Shown here one piece after another: positions 54,998-62,704 of a DNA stretch of 64,000 nt. The position numbers and the translations under genes were made by a program. Positions within the stretch are counted from its first letter, which is position 1. Each line of letters begins with the position of its first letter. Source of the DNA: a virus. Lineage: Duplodnaviria; Caudoviricetes. A model generated the notes under the pieces. It had not been told where the DNA came from, made no database searches, and saw only the letters and a list, made by a program, of their open reading frames with translations. Location of the stretch: the IMG/VR virus record IMGVR_UViG_2811995254_000001, positions 11,803 through 75,802 of that record. One strand, written 5' to 3'.

Positions 54998-56490
54998 TAT
55001 GCTCTAGTTAAAAATTCAACAATAAATTCTTGGTCAATGTGCCCATGTTTAGATAAACAGTAATCACAGAAATCGTTTAGAAGAGTTTGTTGAATTCTTT
55101 GTTCTGAGGTTAACTCAACTAAAACGATATGATCATTGTCAACGGATTCGATATCCATTAAAGGTGGTTCTTGGTCAATAAAATCCTCAGGAAATGCTGT
55201 TGTAGCCCAAGTTGGCGGTTCTTCGTACTCTACTTCTTGAATTTCTGCTTCTGGAATAGGTGGATTTTCTATTCTATACTTAGTATTGTTCAATAAATCT
55301 TGAAACTCTTCTTCATCACATAAAATATCTTCAATAGGAAATACAATTTTGCAATGTTCTAGGTTTAGAACTAAATCGTCATCGAATCCTAAGTTTTTCA
55401 AAGCTTGAATACGTTTAGTTTTCAAAAGCTCGTCCTTTTCTTTCTGTAAAGCCTGTTTTTCTGCTTCTAAACGTTTGTTTTCTGCTTGGATACGTTCTTG
55501 TTCAGCTTTTTGATTAGCTTCAATTTCCGCTTGCTTTTTAGCGTTTTCCTCGGCAATTCTTTTTGACTCAGCTTCCTGTTCTTGACGTTGTTTTTCAAGT
55601 CTTAAACGTTCTTCTTCTTGCTTATTTAGCAAAGTTTCTCGTTGTTCAAACTCTTTTACTAGCTCAGCGCGTTTAGCTGCGTATTCTGATTGAAATTCCT
55701 GAACAGATAAAGAAGATTCTTCATTAAACTCTTTTTTAAGAGCTGTGAAGTTTGCAAAAGGAACAGAGTAAATCTTATTGATCCAACGATTGTAAAAGTC
55801 TTGAATCGCTTGCTTGTGGTTATTGATGCGTTCCGTTTCTTTTCGCTCGTTTTCTAATTTTTCGCGTTCAACTCGCAAATCTTCTTGTTCTTTTAGAGTA
55901 GCCTTTTTACTTGATAGAACGAATTTTAAACTTTCCAATTCGCCTAGTAAATCTCCTTTAAACTCTTCAAAGTCATCAGGAGAAACCTCCACTTCATTTA
56001 ACAAGGGTTTTACCTCATATTCTAACGAAGTAGCGTAATCTAAGTTTTTGATTTCTTCTGAAACAGTAGCGACAATCGATTTGATGTTGTCGCGGTGTGC
56101 TTGTTTACGATTCTCTTCTTTTTTAAGTTTAGCAATACGTTCATCATCCTTAATCTTCTCCCATCTCTTTACCTCAGTTTGTTGCTTCTCTTCATGAGGT
56201 TTGGTAATTTCGATAAACTCGTCATATAGGTCTGAAATAGGTCCAGTAATCTTTTCTTTTACTTTATCTATTACAACATTCTTCTCTTTGGTTAACGAAG
56301 TCCTTGCGGTGACGTAAGTTGTTCTACGTTTCTTAGCGACATTATAACTTTCAGTATCTGAAATATCTATATAAGGATTTTCTTCAACTATTTTAAGCTG
56401 TTGCTCTCTCTTGTTCTTTACTTCTTCTAAAGTATTCACATTAAAAGTTTCAAGGCTAAATGTTTGTGGTAGGGTTTGATTTTCTGACAT
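54997..56490 (-). CDS. Long coiled-coil phage protein
   Basis: E/K/Q-rich heptads; early region. Confidence 0.7.
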   Translation of the reverse strand: MSENQTLPQTFSLETFNVNTLEEVKNKREQQLKIVEENPYIDISDTESYNVAKKRRTTYVTARTSLTKEKNVVIDKVKEKITGPISDLYDEFIEITKPHEEKQQTEVKRWEKIKDDERIAKLKKEENRKQAHRDNIKSIVATVSEEIKNLDYATSLEYEVKPLLNEVEVSPDDFEEFKGDLLGELESLKFVLSSKKATLKEQEDLRVEREKLENERKETERINNHKQAIQDFYNRWINKIYSVPFANFTALKKEFNEESSLSVQEFQSEYAAKRAELVKEFEQRETLLNKQEEERLRLEKQRQEQEAESKRIAEENAKKQAEIEANQKAEQERIQAENKRLEAEKQALQKEKDELLKTKRIQALKNLGFDDDLVLNLEHCKIVFPIEDILCDEEEFQDLLNNTKYRIENPPIPEAEIQEVEYEEPPTWATTAFPEDFIDQEPPLMDIESVDNDHIVLVELTSEQRIQQTLLNDFCDYCLSKHGHIDQEFIVEFLTRA

Positions 56491-56794
56491 ATTTCCCGTT
56501 GTTTAAAAAATGTGTTTTTCGTAAATTTTGTAGCAAGGTGGTAAACTTGCTTTTTCTTTCGCCTCTTCTGGTGAAGAAGCTAAAACAGTTATATCTGCGT
56601 GGTTGACGTGATCTCCGTAACGGAAGTAAACTGTCACTACATATTGTAGTTTCTCGTTCATTTGTGATAAACTCTATGTGTTTTCGAATGGTACTAAAAA
56701 AGCCGTCAAAAAGAATTTTGTCGGCTTCTGTTTGTTCGGAGTAGGTCTTATCAAATAATTTCCAACGTCCGTCTTCGATATAAGGTGTAGTCAT
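56456..56794 (-). CDS. Hypothetical protein
   Basis: ORF in the early operon. Confidence 0.5.
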   Translation of the reverse strand: MTTPYIEDGRWKLFDKTYSEQTEADKILFDGFFSTIRKHIEFITNERETTICSDSLLPLRRSRQPRRYNCFSFFTRRGERKSKFTTLLQNLRKTHFLNNGKYVRKSNPTTNI

Positions 56795-56796
56795 AA

Positions 56797-56901
56797 CTAC
56801 TTTCTTTTTTGCTTAGGTAGGCTTAAGAGAATAAAGCAAAGGGTAGCTACCATAATACCCAGTACAGTTATGAGGTCGGATAAGAAGTTAATACTAAGCA
56901 T
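56797..56901 (-). CDS. 34-aa single-TM peptide (not in ORF track)
   Basis: MLSINFLSDLITVLGIMVATLCFILLSLPKQKRK fills the gap. Confidence 0.5.
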   Translation of the reverse strand: MLSINFLSDLITVLGIMVATLCFILLSLPKQKRK

Positions 56902-57154
56902 TTCGACGTTCGTTTTTGGATACAGCTATTAATTTTGAAGGCTTAGCTTCTTTTTCAGCTATAATATCGACAAGCTCTTGTTTACTGTAAAAACGCCTCT
57001 TATCCTCTGATCTTTCTGCATTTCTATAAGATGTTAGTTTTCGACTGTAATTCTGATAGAAAGTTGTTGCTTTTATACCTAAAAAATCACACGCCTCGTC
57101 TAGTGTTAGAAACTCAATGTTTTCTTTGTGTGTGTCGATTATATTTTTTGCCAT
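56894..57154 (-). CDS. HTH (AlpA/excisionase-like) protein
   Basis: FLTLDEACDFLGIK..TFY...RRFYSK.EL. Confidence 0.8.
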   Translation of the reverse strand: MAKNIIDTHKENIEFLTLDEACDFLGIKATTFYQNYSRKLTSYRNAERSEDKRRFYSKQELVDIIAEKEAKPSKLIAVSKNERRNA

Positions 57155-57184
57155 TGTTTTGATTTAAAAATTGTTTGATTATTT

Positions 57185-57433
57185 CTAGCGTTTGTCTAGA
57201 AACATTTTGCCTTTACCTTGTAGTTGATATTCTATGGAAATCCCGAATGAATCGCATAATTTTAGAACAACATCAATTCCTACATTGGTCCTTCTTGATA
57301 TAAAGTCAGCCAATGTATTTGGTTCTATACCAAGTTCTCTGGATAGTTCTTCCCTAGACTGAACTTTTTTTGTTTTAATTAAATGATCGACAGATTCAGC
57401 AAAACGATCATTAATCTCATATGCTATACTCAT
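57185..57433 (-). CDS. Cro/C1-type HTH regulator
   Basis: ELSRELGI...L.DFI..R...V.KLC..FGIS.EY...GKG.MF. Confidence 0.85.
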   Translation of the reverse strand: MSIAYEINDRFAESVDHLIKTKKVQSREELSRELGIEPNTLADFISRRTNVGIDVVLKLCDSFGISIEYQLQGKGKMFLDKR

Positions 57434-58137
57434 TGCGCAGCGGTGTTAACGATTCCTAATATTTTAGCGATGTATCCAAGTCCTTTTTGAGTAACCATTG
57501 TTTGAGGTTCTACTTTAGTGATAGTAGAGTCTCCTTTTTTAATTTGTATCATCGTTTGCTTCAATGCGAAGTAACCACGATTAACAAATTCTTGCTTTGG
57601 TTCTTTGGATCCTTTAAATAGGATTCCTTTATCCCTTAAAATATTGTAGAGGATGTTTCGCCCAATATCAAGACCAAGTGATTTTGAAGCTTCTGACATT
57701 GTTAACAGTCCATCACAAGAAAAAACCTTGTCAATGTATTCATCGCGTGGTTTCATTCTCTGGTTCTCTAAAAGCAATGCTTCTTTTTCTTGTTCACTTT
57801 CCAAAAGCATCATTGCTAAATCTTTTTTAGTGATTGCTTTTAAATTTGGTTTAGCTGATTGTTTTTCTAATTCTTCCCAACGTATAATGAGTTTTGCTCT
57901 CGCTTCGTCATTAAATTTCGTTGCGATATAAAGACATTCTTTTTTTAATAGTTGGTATTCAGGTCTTTTTTCTCCTTTAGTGTCTATATAATCAACGAGG
58001 GAAAATTTACCTCCGTTAACTTTTTCCCATGCAGATTCCATCTTTCGGATTGCTTTTAGTATATCTGCATGAGATTTCCCAGTCATCACAGCAATTTCTC
58101 TACTTGACATGGTATGGTTTATTTCAATTTGGTTCAT
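57430..58137 (-). CDS. Rha-family / KilAC-domain antirepressor
   Basis: MSSREIA..TGK.H..IL..IR, Y.D.KGEKRP.Y.L; C-terminal IGRN.L...LR..G.L...P.Q.FV.RGYF...T.VTQKG. Confidence 0.9.
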   Translation of the reverse strand: MNQIEINHTMSSREIAVMTGKSHADILKAIRKMESAWEKVNGGKFSLVDYIDTKGEKRPEYQLLKKECLYIATKFNDEARAKLIIRWEELEKQSAKPNLKAITKKDLAMMLLESEQEKEALLLENQRMKPRDEYIDKVFSCDGLLTMSEASKSLGLDIGRNILYNILRDKGILFKGSKEPKQEFVNRGYFALKQTMIQIKKGDSTITKVEPQTMVTQKGLGYIAKILGIVNTAAQ

Positions 58138-58208
58138 AAATACTTATATTTAAGATATATTTAACTTATATATGTATTCACACCGTTACTATATATCTAT
58201 ATAATCCG

Positions 58209-58216
58209 TACTTTTG
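58209..58216 (+). promoter_or_regulatory. -7 promoter box antisense to the early leader
   Basis: TACTTTTG matches TAnnTTTG. Confidence 0.6.
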
Positions 58217-58221
58217 CAAGA

Positions 58222-58560
58222 CGAATTATCGTGTAATAACGATGATAAAAGAAAGCTAACACAGGCGGATGTATAACACAAGCCAGAACAGCGTTTGGTA
58301 GTAACATTGTGTTACACGTTTGATAGAGCAGTGCTTATCAGACTTTATGAAACCTGTGTTTTGCTTTCTGAAAGGTTTTTAATTTTTGACAGGTATTGCC
58401 GCCCCTTATGGCGGTTTGAAACAAAGCGAATTAAAATATAGAACTACGTAAATAGTTCATTAACTAGATTAAAACGTTTGTTTCCCAATATGTCAAGGAA
58501 CTTTAATAATCACTACATAAGTTTGTTTTTGAAAGGGTAAACTTGTGTAGTGGTTTTTGT
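58222..58560 (+). ncRNA. Candidate structured antisense RNA with GAAAG-closed domains and a terminal hairpin
   Basis: Domains at 58251-58368 and 58370-58504; hairpin 58509-58553 plus T-rich tail; G-U pairs favour the plus strand. Confidence 0.6.
58486..58504 (-). promoter_or_regulatory. boxA-like antitermination site
   Basis: AAAGTTCCTTGACATATTG about 60 nt into the early transcript; resembles my recollection of the Bacteroidota rrn leader boxA. Confidence 0.45.
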
Positions 58561-58565
58561 TGTTA

Positions 58566-58628
58566 CAAATATATACGCATTTGCGTAAAATAAAAATGTT
58601 TAAATGTTAAATTTTACTCATTTGCGTA
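58566..58628. promoter_or_regulatory. Early lytic promoter and two putative CI operators
   Basis: Minus TATATTTG at 58566-58573; palindrome TACGCATTTGCGTA at 58574-58587 and TACTCATTTGCGTA at 58615-58628. Confidence 0.75.
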
Positions 58629-58642
58629 TTAATTATATATAT

Positions 58643-59395
58643 ATGACTGTAAATCAAAAGATTGAGGAATTAATAATTAGAGAATGTAAAGGAAATAAAT
58701 CTGAATTTGCAAGAAGAGTTGGAGTTAGTCCAACTGTAATTGAAAATATCGTAGGTTCTAGAAAAGGCAAGCCTTCATTCGAAGTTTTATCTAAAATTTT
58801 AGGTTCTGATTTGTCAGTAGATCCTAGTTGGTTGTTTGATTTAGATGCTAATAATTCGGTTGTTCATGATTCTGTATTCGCTATTGATACTGAATTTGTA
58901 GATGACGAAGTAGAGGTATTTACAAATTCAAATGGGAATAAATTTTACTTGTACCCAAACAACAGAATTGAAATAGAGGTTATCAAAGTTCCTTTCCCTG
59001 CGTATGCATCATACATTGAATGTTATCAAGACGAAATGAATAGCTTTAATGGATTTGATACAATTCGTTTCAAGGCGGATCACATTGCTAAAGGAAATTA
59101 CATTTGCTTTGTGAGCGAGGGTGATTCAATGTGGAATGAAGGCGGCTATGATACACCAGGAGGTTCCGAAATTCTAGCCCGTGAGATTGGGCGTCAGTTC
59201 TGGGACAATTTACATAGTACAAAATATGGTTTAATTTTTGTAACTAAAACCGGTATTATGCACAAAGATATTGGAGGATATAATAAAGAAACTGGAATGT
59301 TCTCTTTATGCAGTAGAAACCCAGAACACAAACCTTTTGATTACCCTGCAAATGATGTATATCAGATATTTAATGTTATAAAGAGAAGTTTTTAA
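58643..59395 (+). CDS. CI-like repressor (HTH plus S24 peptidase)
   Basis: NKSEFARRVGVSPT HTH; GDSM serine and HKDI lysine; divergent from the early operon; MTVNQK start preferred because the upstream ATG overlaps an operator. Confidence 0.88.
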   Translation: MTVNQKIEELIIRECKGNKSEFARRVGVSPTVIENIVGSRKGKPSFEVLSKILGSDLSVDPSWLFDLDANNSVVHDSVFAIDTEFVDDEVEVFTNSNGNKFYLYPNNRIEIEVIKVPFPAYASYIECYQDEMNSFNGFDTIRFKADHIAKGNYICFVSEGDSMWNEGGYDTPGGSEILAREIGRQFWDNLHSTKYGLIFVTKTGIMHKDIGGYNKETGMFSLCSRNPEHKPFDYPANDVYQIFNVIKRSF

Positions 59396-59405
59396 TAAGT
59401 CAAAT

Positions 59406-59436
59406 TAATGCGGTCTGTTTAGACCGCATTTTTTAT
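59406..59436 (+). terminator. Intrinsic terminator
   Basis: AATGCGGTCT/AGACCGCATT plus T run. Confidence 0.85.
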
Positions 59437-59479
59437 TTGTTTATATTTGGTTTTTATTAACATAATTAAATAACAACTT

Positions 59480-59806
59480 ATGAAAAAAATCTACTCTTTA
59501 TTTAGTTTTTTAATTTTATTCTCTTTAATCGGATGTGCATCAGGATCTAAGCAAATGGAGAAACAACTATCTAATGTTTATATTGGAATGAGCGTTCAAG
59601 AATTCAACTCTATTGTTAAAAAGAAAAAAACAATAGAAATGAATTCTCAAAGAACAGTTTATTTAGTAAAAAAGCAAAATTGGTATGATTCAGATGGTAG
59701 TGGTAGTGATTATAGGTATTTTTATTTTGTAAATAATAAATTAGTTAGTATCGATCAGGGCGTAAAATCTGTAGATAAAAGAATTCAATACGATATTAAC
59801 AATTAA
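59480..59806 (+). CDS. Small lipoprotein (SmpA/OmlA-like), possible superinfection exclusion
   Basis: LIG-C lipobox, IGMS..E, YFYF.NNKLV; promoter TATATTTG at 59442-59449. Confidence 0.7.
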   Translation: MKKIYSLFSFLILFSLIGCASGSKQMEKQLSNVYIGMSVQEFNSIVKKKKTIEMNSQRTVYLVKKQNWYDSDGSGSDYRYFYFVNNKLVSIDQGVKSVDKRIQYDINN

Positions 59807-59816
59807 CACACACCTT

Positions 59817-60485
59817 ATGAAACAAATATTCTTTTTTTTACTATTACTTTCTTCAAGTGCATATTCGCAATGTACTTGGAATTCATTTTTCCCATTTAAA
59901 GCAGGAGATACTAAATTTGATATAGCACGTTTAAAAAGCACTAATTCTACTATTGCTGATAAAGATGATGAGTATGGACTTAGATCTGCTGTTGATAAAA
60001 TCAATAACGGATATAAAAAATATGATTATTTAAAAGACAGCGTTTATATAAATGTAATAAATCTTCAGTTTAATAATAATATTTGCTTAAAAAGTAAAAG
60101 TAATCATATTCAAGTTACATTATCAGACGATAAACTTCACAAAGGAACAGTAACCTTAGAATATGATGATTATGACACAATGAAACAACAGTATGATCAA
60201 TTGTTGGATTTAGTTCCAGAAGAGTATAGTTATATAAAAGAGTTTGAACGTACTAATAAAATCACTAATGAAAAAGTAGGAGAAGGTGTATGGTTTACTA
60301 CTAAATCTTCTAACGAAAAAGGAGAAAAATTAAATAGAATAGGAATAGGTTATAGTTTTAACTTTAAAAGTCATTGGGATAGTGTAAAAAAAGAATTTCA
60401 TCAATCAAATGAAATTGAAGAATATGTATTAGAAATAAATTTTACAGATTTAAGATTATCTAAATTAACAAATCAAGGTTATTAA
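59817..60485 (+). CDS. Secreted hypothetical protein
   Basis: Signal peptide ending AYS-Q. Confidence 0.7.
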   Translation: MKQIFFFLLLLSSSAYSQCTWNSFFPFKAGDTKFDIARLKSTNSTIADKDDEYGLRSAVDKINNGYKKYDYLKDSVYINVINLQFNNNICLKSKSNHIQVTLSDDKLHKGTVTLEYDDYDTMKQQYDQLLDLVPEEYSYIKEFERTNKITNEKVGEGVWFTTKSSNEKGEKLNRIGIGYSFNFKSHWDSVKKEFHQSNEIEEYVLEINFTDLRLSKLTNQGY

Positions 60486-60491
60486 TAATTT

Positions 60492-60707
60492 ATGACTAAA
60501 AAAGCGTTTATAGTTGGTTTATTGTCGATTTTTTTATTTTCGTTTTCAAGTCAGCAGCAAGTTTACATTTGCAAAGGTAAATCAAGTAAGAAATACCATA
60601 AATCTAGTAATTGCAGAGGATTGAATAGATGCTCGACTAGTATTTATAAAGTCAGTTTAAAGGAGGCAAAAGAGATAGGAAGAACGCCTTGTAAGATTGA
60701 GTATTAA
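60492..60707 (+). CDS. Small exported Cys/His protein
   Basis: VYIC.G..SKKYH....CRGL..C......L.EA...GRTPC.. Confidence 0.75.
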   Translation: MTKKAFIVGLLSIFLFSFSSQQQVYICKGKSSKKYHKSSNCRGLNRCSTSIYKVSLKEAKEIGRTPCKIEY

Positions 60708-60813
60708 TAAATCGCACAATTGTAATACGTTTTATCGTTAAATATCTCTATACTTATTTGTTACTTACATATACGTTTAGTATATTTATATGTGTTTAAA
60801 CATTAAACAATAT

Positions 60814-60844
60814 TTTGCGAAGTGTAAATTGTTTTTTACATTTG
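60814..60844 (+). promoter_or_regulatory. Canonical Bacteroidota promoter
   Basis: TTTG-N19-TACATTTG. Confidence 0.8.
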
Positions 60845-60883
60845 CAATCACTTTTTAAGTAACCTATTTAAAAAGAGTATATT

Positions 60884-61018
60884 ATGAAAAAAGCCGAAAT
60901 AATTAAAATGATCAAAGATATGTCAGAAAGAAAATCTTTGATGAAGTCTTATAGTAATGGTAAAATAACTAAAGATCAATTAGAACAAAGAGGAGTAAAA
61001 TTAGTTAAACCATTTTAA
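60884..61018 (+). CDS. 44-aa basic protein (not in ORF track)
   Basis: MKKAEIIKMIKDMSERKSLMKSYSNGKITKDQLEQRGVKLVKPF after the canonical promoter. Confidence 0.7.
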   Translation: MKKAEIIKMIKDMSERKSLMKSYSNGKITKDQLEQRGVKLVKPF

Positions 61019-61027
61019 TATAAAGAG

Positions 61028-61513
61028 ATGCCCTACCCTTTTGAATGGGATGAACATAGAAGATTATATTCTTTTACTACTGCAACAAATTTAACGTATG
61101 AATTATCCTTTACTAAAGATGAAAATCTAAATATTGGTAATGCTGATAATCCTATAGATAATATATATCATTTTGTTTTAGCTAAGAGAGAGGAAGATCA
61201 AAATATTAAATCAAATGATAAGGATATCTCTGAAACAATTAGGGCTGTCGTAACTGCCTTTTTCCAAAACAATATTAATTACACTTTAGTTTATACTTGT
61301 GATGATGAGGATAATAAAGGTATATGTAGATTTGTGCTTTTTGAAAAATGGTATAAAACATGGGTAGTTCCAGATTACGAAAAAATTGATAACATAATTG
61401 AGTTAGATGATACACGCATCTTTACATCAATAATCTTGCACAAGTCCAATGAAAATTATGACGTCATTATAGATAGACATAAAAACATTGTTCAAAACTA
61501 CAAAAGAGAATAA
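61028..61513 (+). CDS. DUF6169-like protein
   Basis: YSF.T.....Y...F; D..I..TI..V...FF......L.Y.CD..D.K...R..LF.KWY. Confidence 0.7.
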   Translation: MPYPFEWDEHRRLYSFTTATNLTYELSFTKDENLNIGNADNPIDNIYHFVLAKREEDQNIKSNDKDISETIRAVVTAFFQNNINYTLVYTCDDEDNKGICRFVLFEKWYKTWVVPDYEKIDNIIELDDTRIFTSIILHKSNENYDVIIDRHKNIVQNYKRE

Positions 61514-61517
61514 AAGC

Positions 61518-61542
61518 AAAAGCCACTCAATCGAGTGGTTTT
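61518..61542. terminator. Terminator
   Basis: AAAAGCCACTC/GAGTGGTTTT. Confidence 0.8.
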
Positions 61543-61559
61543 ATTATTTTAGCTAATAT

Positions 61560-62160
61560 TAAATCAGTCGGTGGGCATTTTAGCCTAGCGGAGTAAGTCT
61601 TGTATACTCACTGAGCCGAAAACTTGACCCAGTAATGTTAGAGCAAGCGATCTAATGTAAATACTTGATAATCACCACTACCATATTTTATGGTAATGGC
61701 TCAAATTAGTTGCTTTGTTATCTGCTTTATTAAAATTTGATGAAGCACTTGCTAGTTTTTGTTAGCATTTGCTTGAAATGGGTTGTTTTTGAGAGAAAAT
61801 TTTTGAAAAAAATCGGTAAGTTATATTATAAGTAATATTTGATATTTATTACTGCTTTGAAGGCTAAAACGTTGTGGATAAAACACAATTATCCTTAGGC
61901 AAGCCAAGTTATTTTGTACTAAAAATAGTATTATAAACTCGACAAGCCAGGATTGTGTTTTAATGATCTGCTTCGTTAGGAAAATACGCGCATCTAAAAC
62001 ATACAACTACGTCTAACTACCAATGTTGTAATTTGAGACAATTTGCAGATAATGTTAGTTCTGCCCTTGGTGGTCTGTCTCTTGCAATGACCCGTCAAGC
62101 GTCCTTTCATTTCTTCTTGACTTAATAGTGTAAGGTTTTCGAAATCGAGCCGTAGAACGC
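61560..62160 (+). ncRNA. Candidate large ornate non-coding RNA (~600 nt)
   Basis: Many nested and serial stems with a plus-strand G-U bias; no convincing ORF; variant -7 box TATTTTAG at 61545-61552. Confidence 0.6.
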
Positions 62161-62266
62161 ATAAAAAAACCTCCAATCAGCGACGTAGCAATGCTGTTGA
62201 AGGTTTTTTATTATATCAATAAGAGTTCAACCTAAAACCAATTAGATTGCTACGTCTTATTGATTG
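62161..62266 (-). promoter_or_regulatory. Attenuator-like terminator/antiterminator pair
   Basis: Terminator at 62161-62211 whose 11-nt loop (62182-62192) is exactly complementary to 62246-62256. Confidence 0.6.
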
Positions 62267-62313
62267 AATCAGATGTACAAAATATTTTATACAAATTACA
62301 TATAAATTTTATA

Positions 62314-62703
62314 TTATTTATTTTTCCTGATTTCTTCTAGTTCCTTTAGTATTCGGATTTGAGTTTTAGCGATAACATCTAGTTTTGCGATAATTTGCTG
62401 ATTACCTAATATATCTACGTCCGTACCAATTAAGTTTTGTTGCAGCTGTTTAATTGTATGATCAACAGTAAATACGGGCAACTCTCCTTTTGTCAAAAAC
62501 AAATAGTTTATCTCTGGGCATTTTTCTATTGCTTTTTTGGCGAATGCGGGCGTTATGGAAGCGGTTCTTCCATAAACAATAGAATCAACCACTGAGTTGT
62601 TATTGTATCCTAATTTCTCTCCTAGATGCATTGTCGCGATTCCGAATTCTTGTGCTAACATTTTAAGTCTGTCAGCGGGGTTTTCGATTATTTTTTTCTC
62701 CAT
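62314..62703 (-). CDS. HTH-like regulator coupled to the integrase
   Basis: LGEKLGY......I..GR..SIT...I....PEIN..FL..GE. Confidence 0.7.
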   Translation of the reverse strand: MEKKIIENPADRLKMLAQEFGIATMHLGEKLGYNNNSVVDSIVYGRTASITPAFAKKAIEKCPEINYLFLTKGELPVFTVDHTIKQLQQNLIGTDVDILGNQQIIAKLDVIAKTQIRILKELEEIRKNK

Positions 62704-62704
62704 A

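Noticed and set aside
49845-58368. GAAAG-clamped hairpins as type I toxin mRNAs with sequestered ribosome-binding sites
   Set aside because: Enclosed ORFs are only 3-11 codons, are not hydrophobic and are not consistently placed
61821-62176. Two ~60-aa minus-strand ORFs as genes
   Set aside because: No protein-like features; one starts at TTG inside a terminator stem; region is better explained by RNA structure, though not fully excluded
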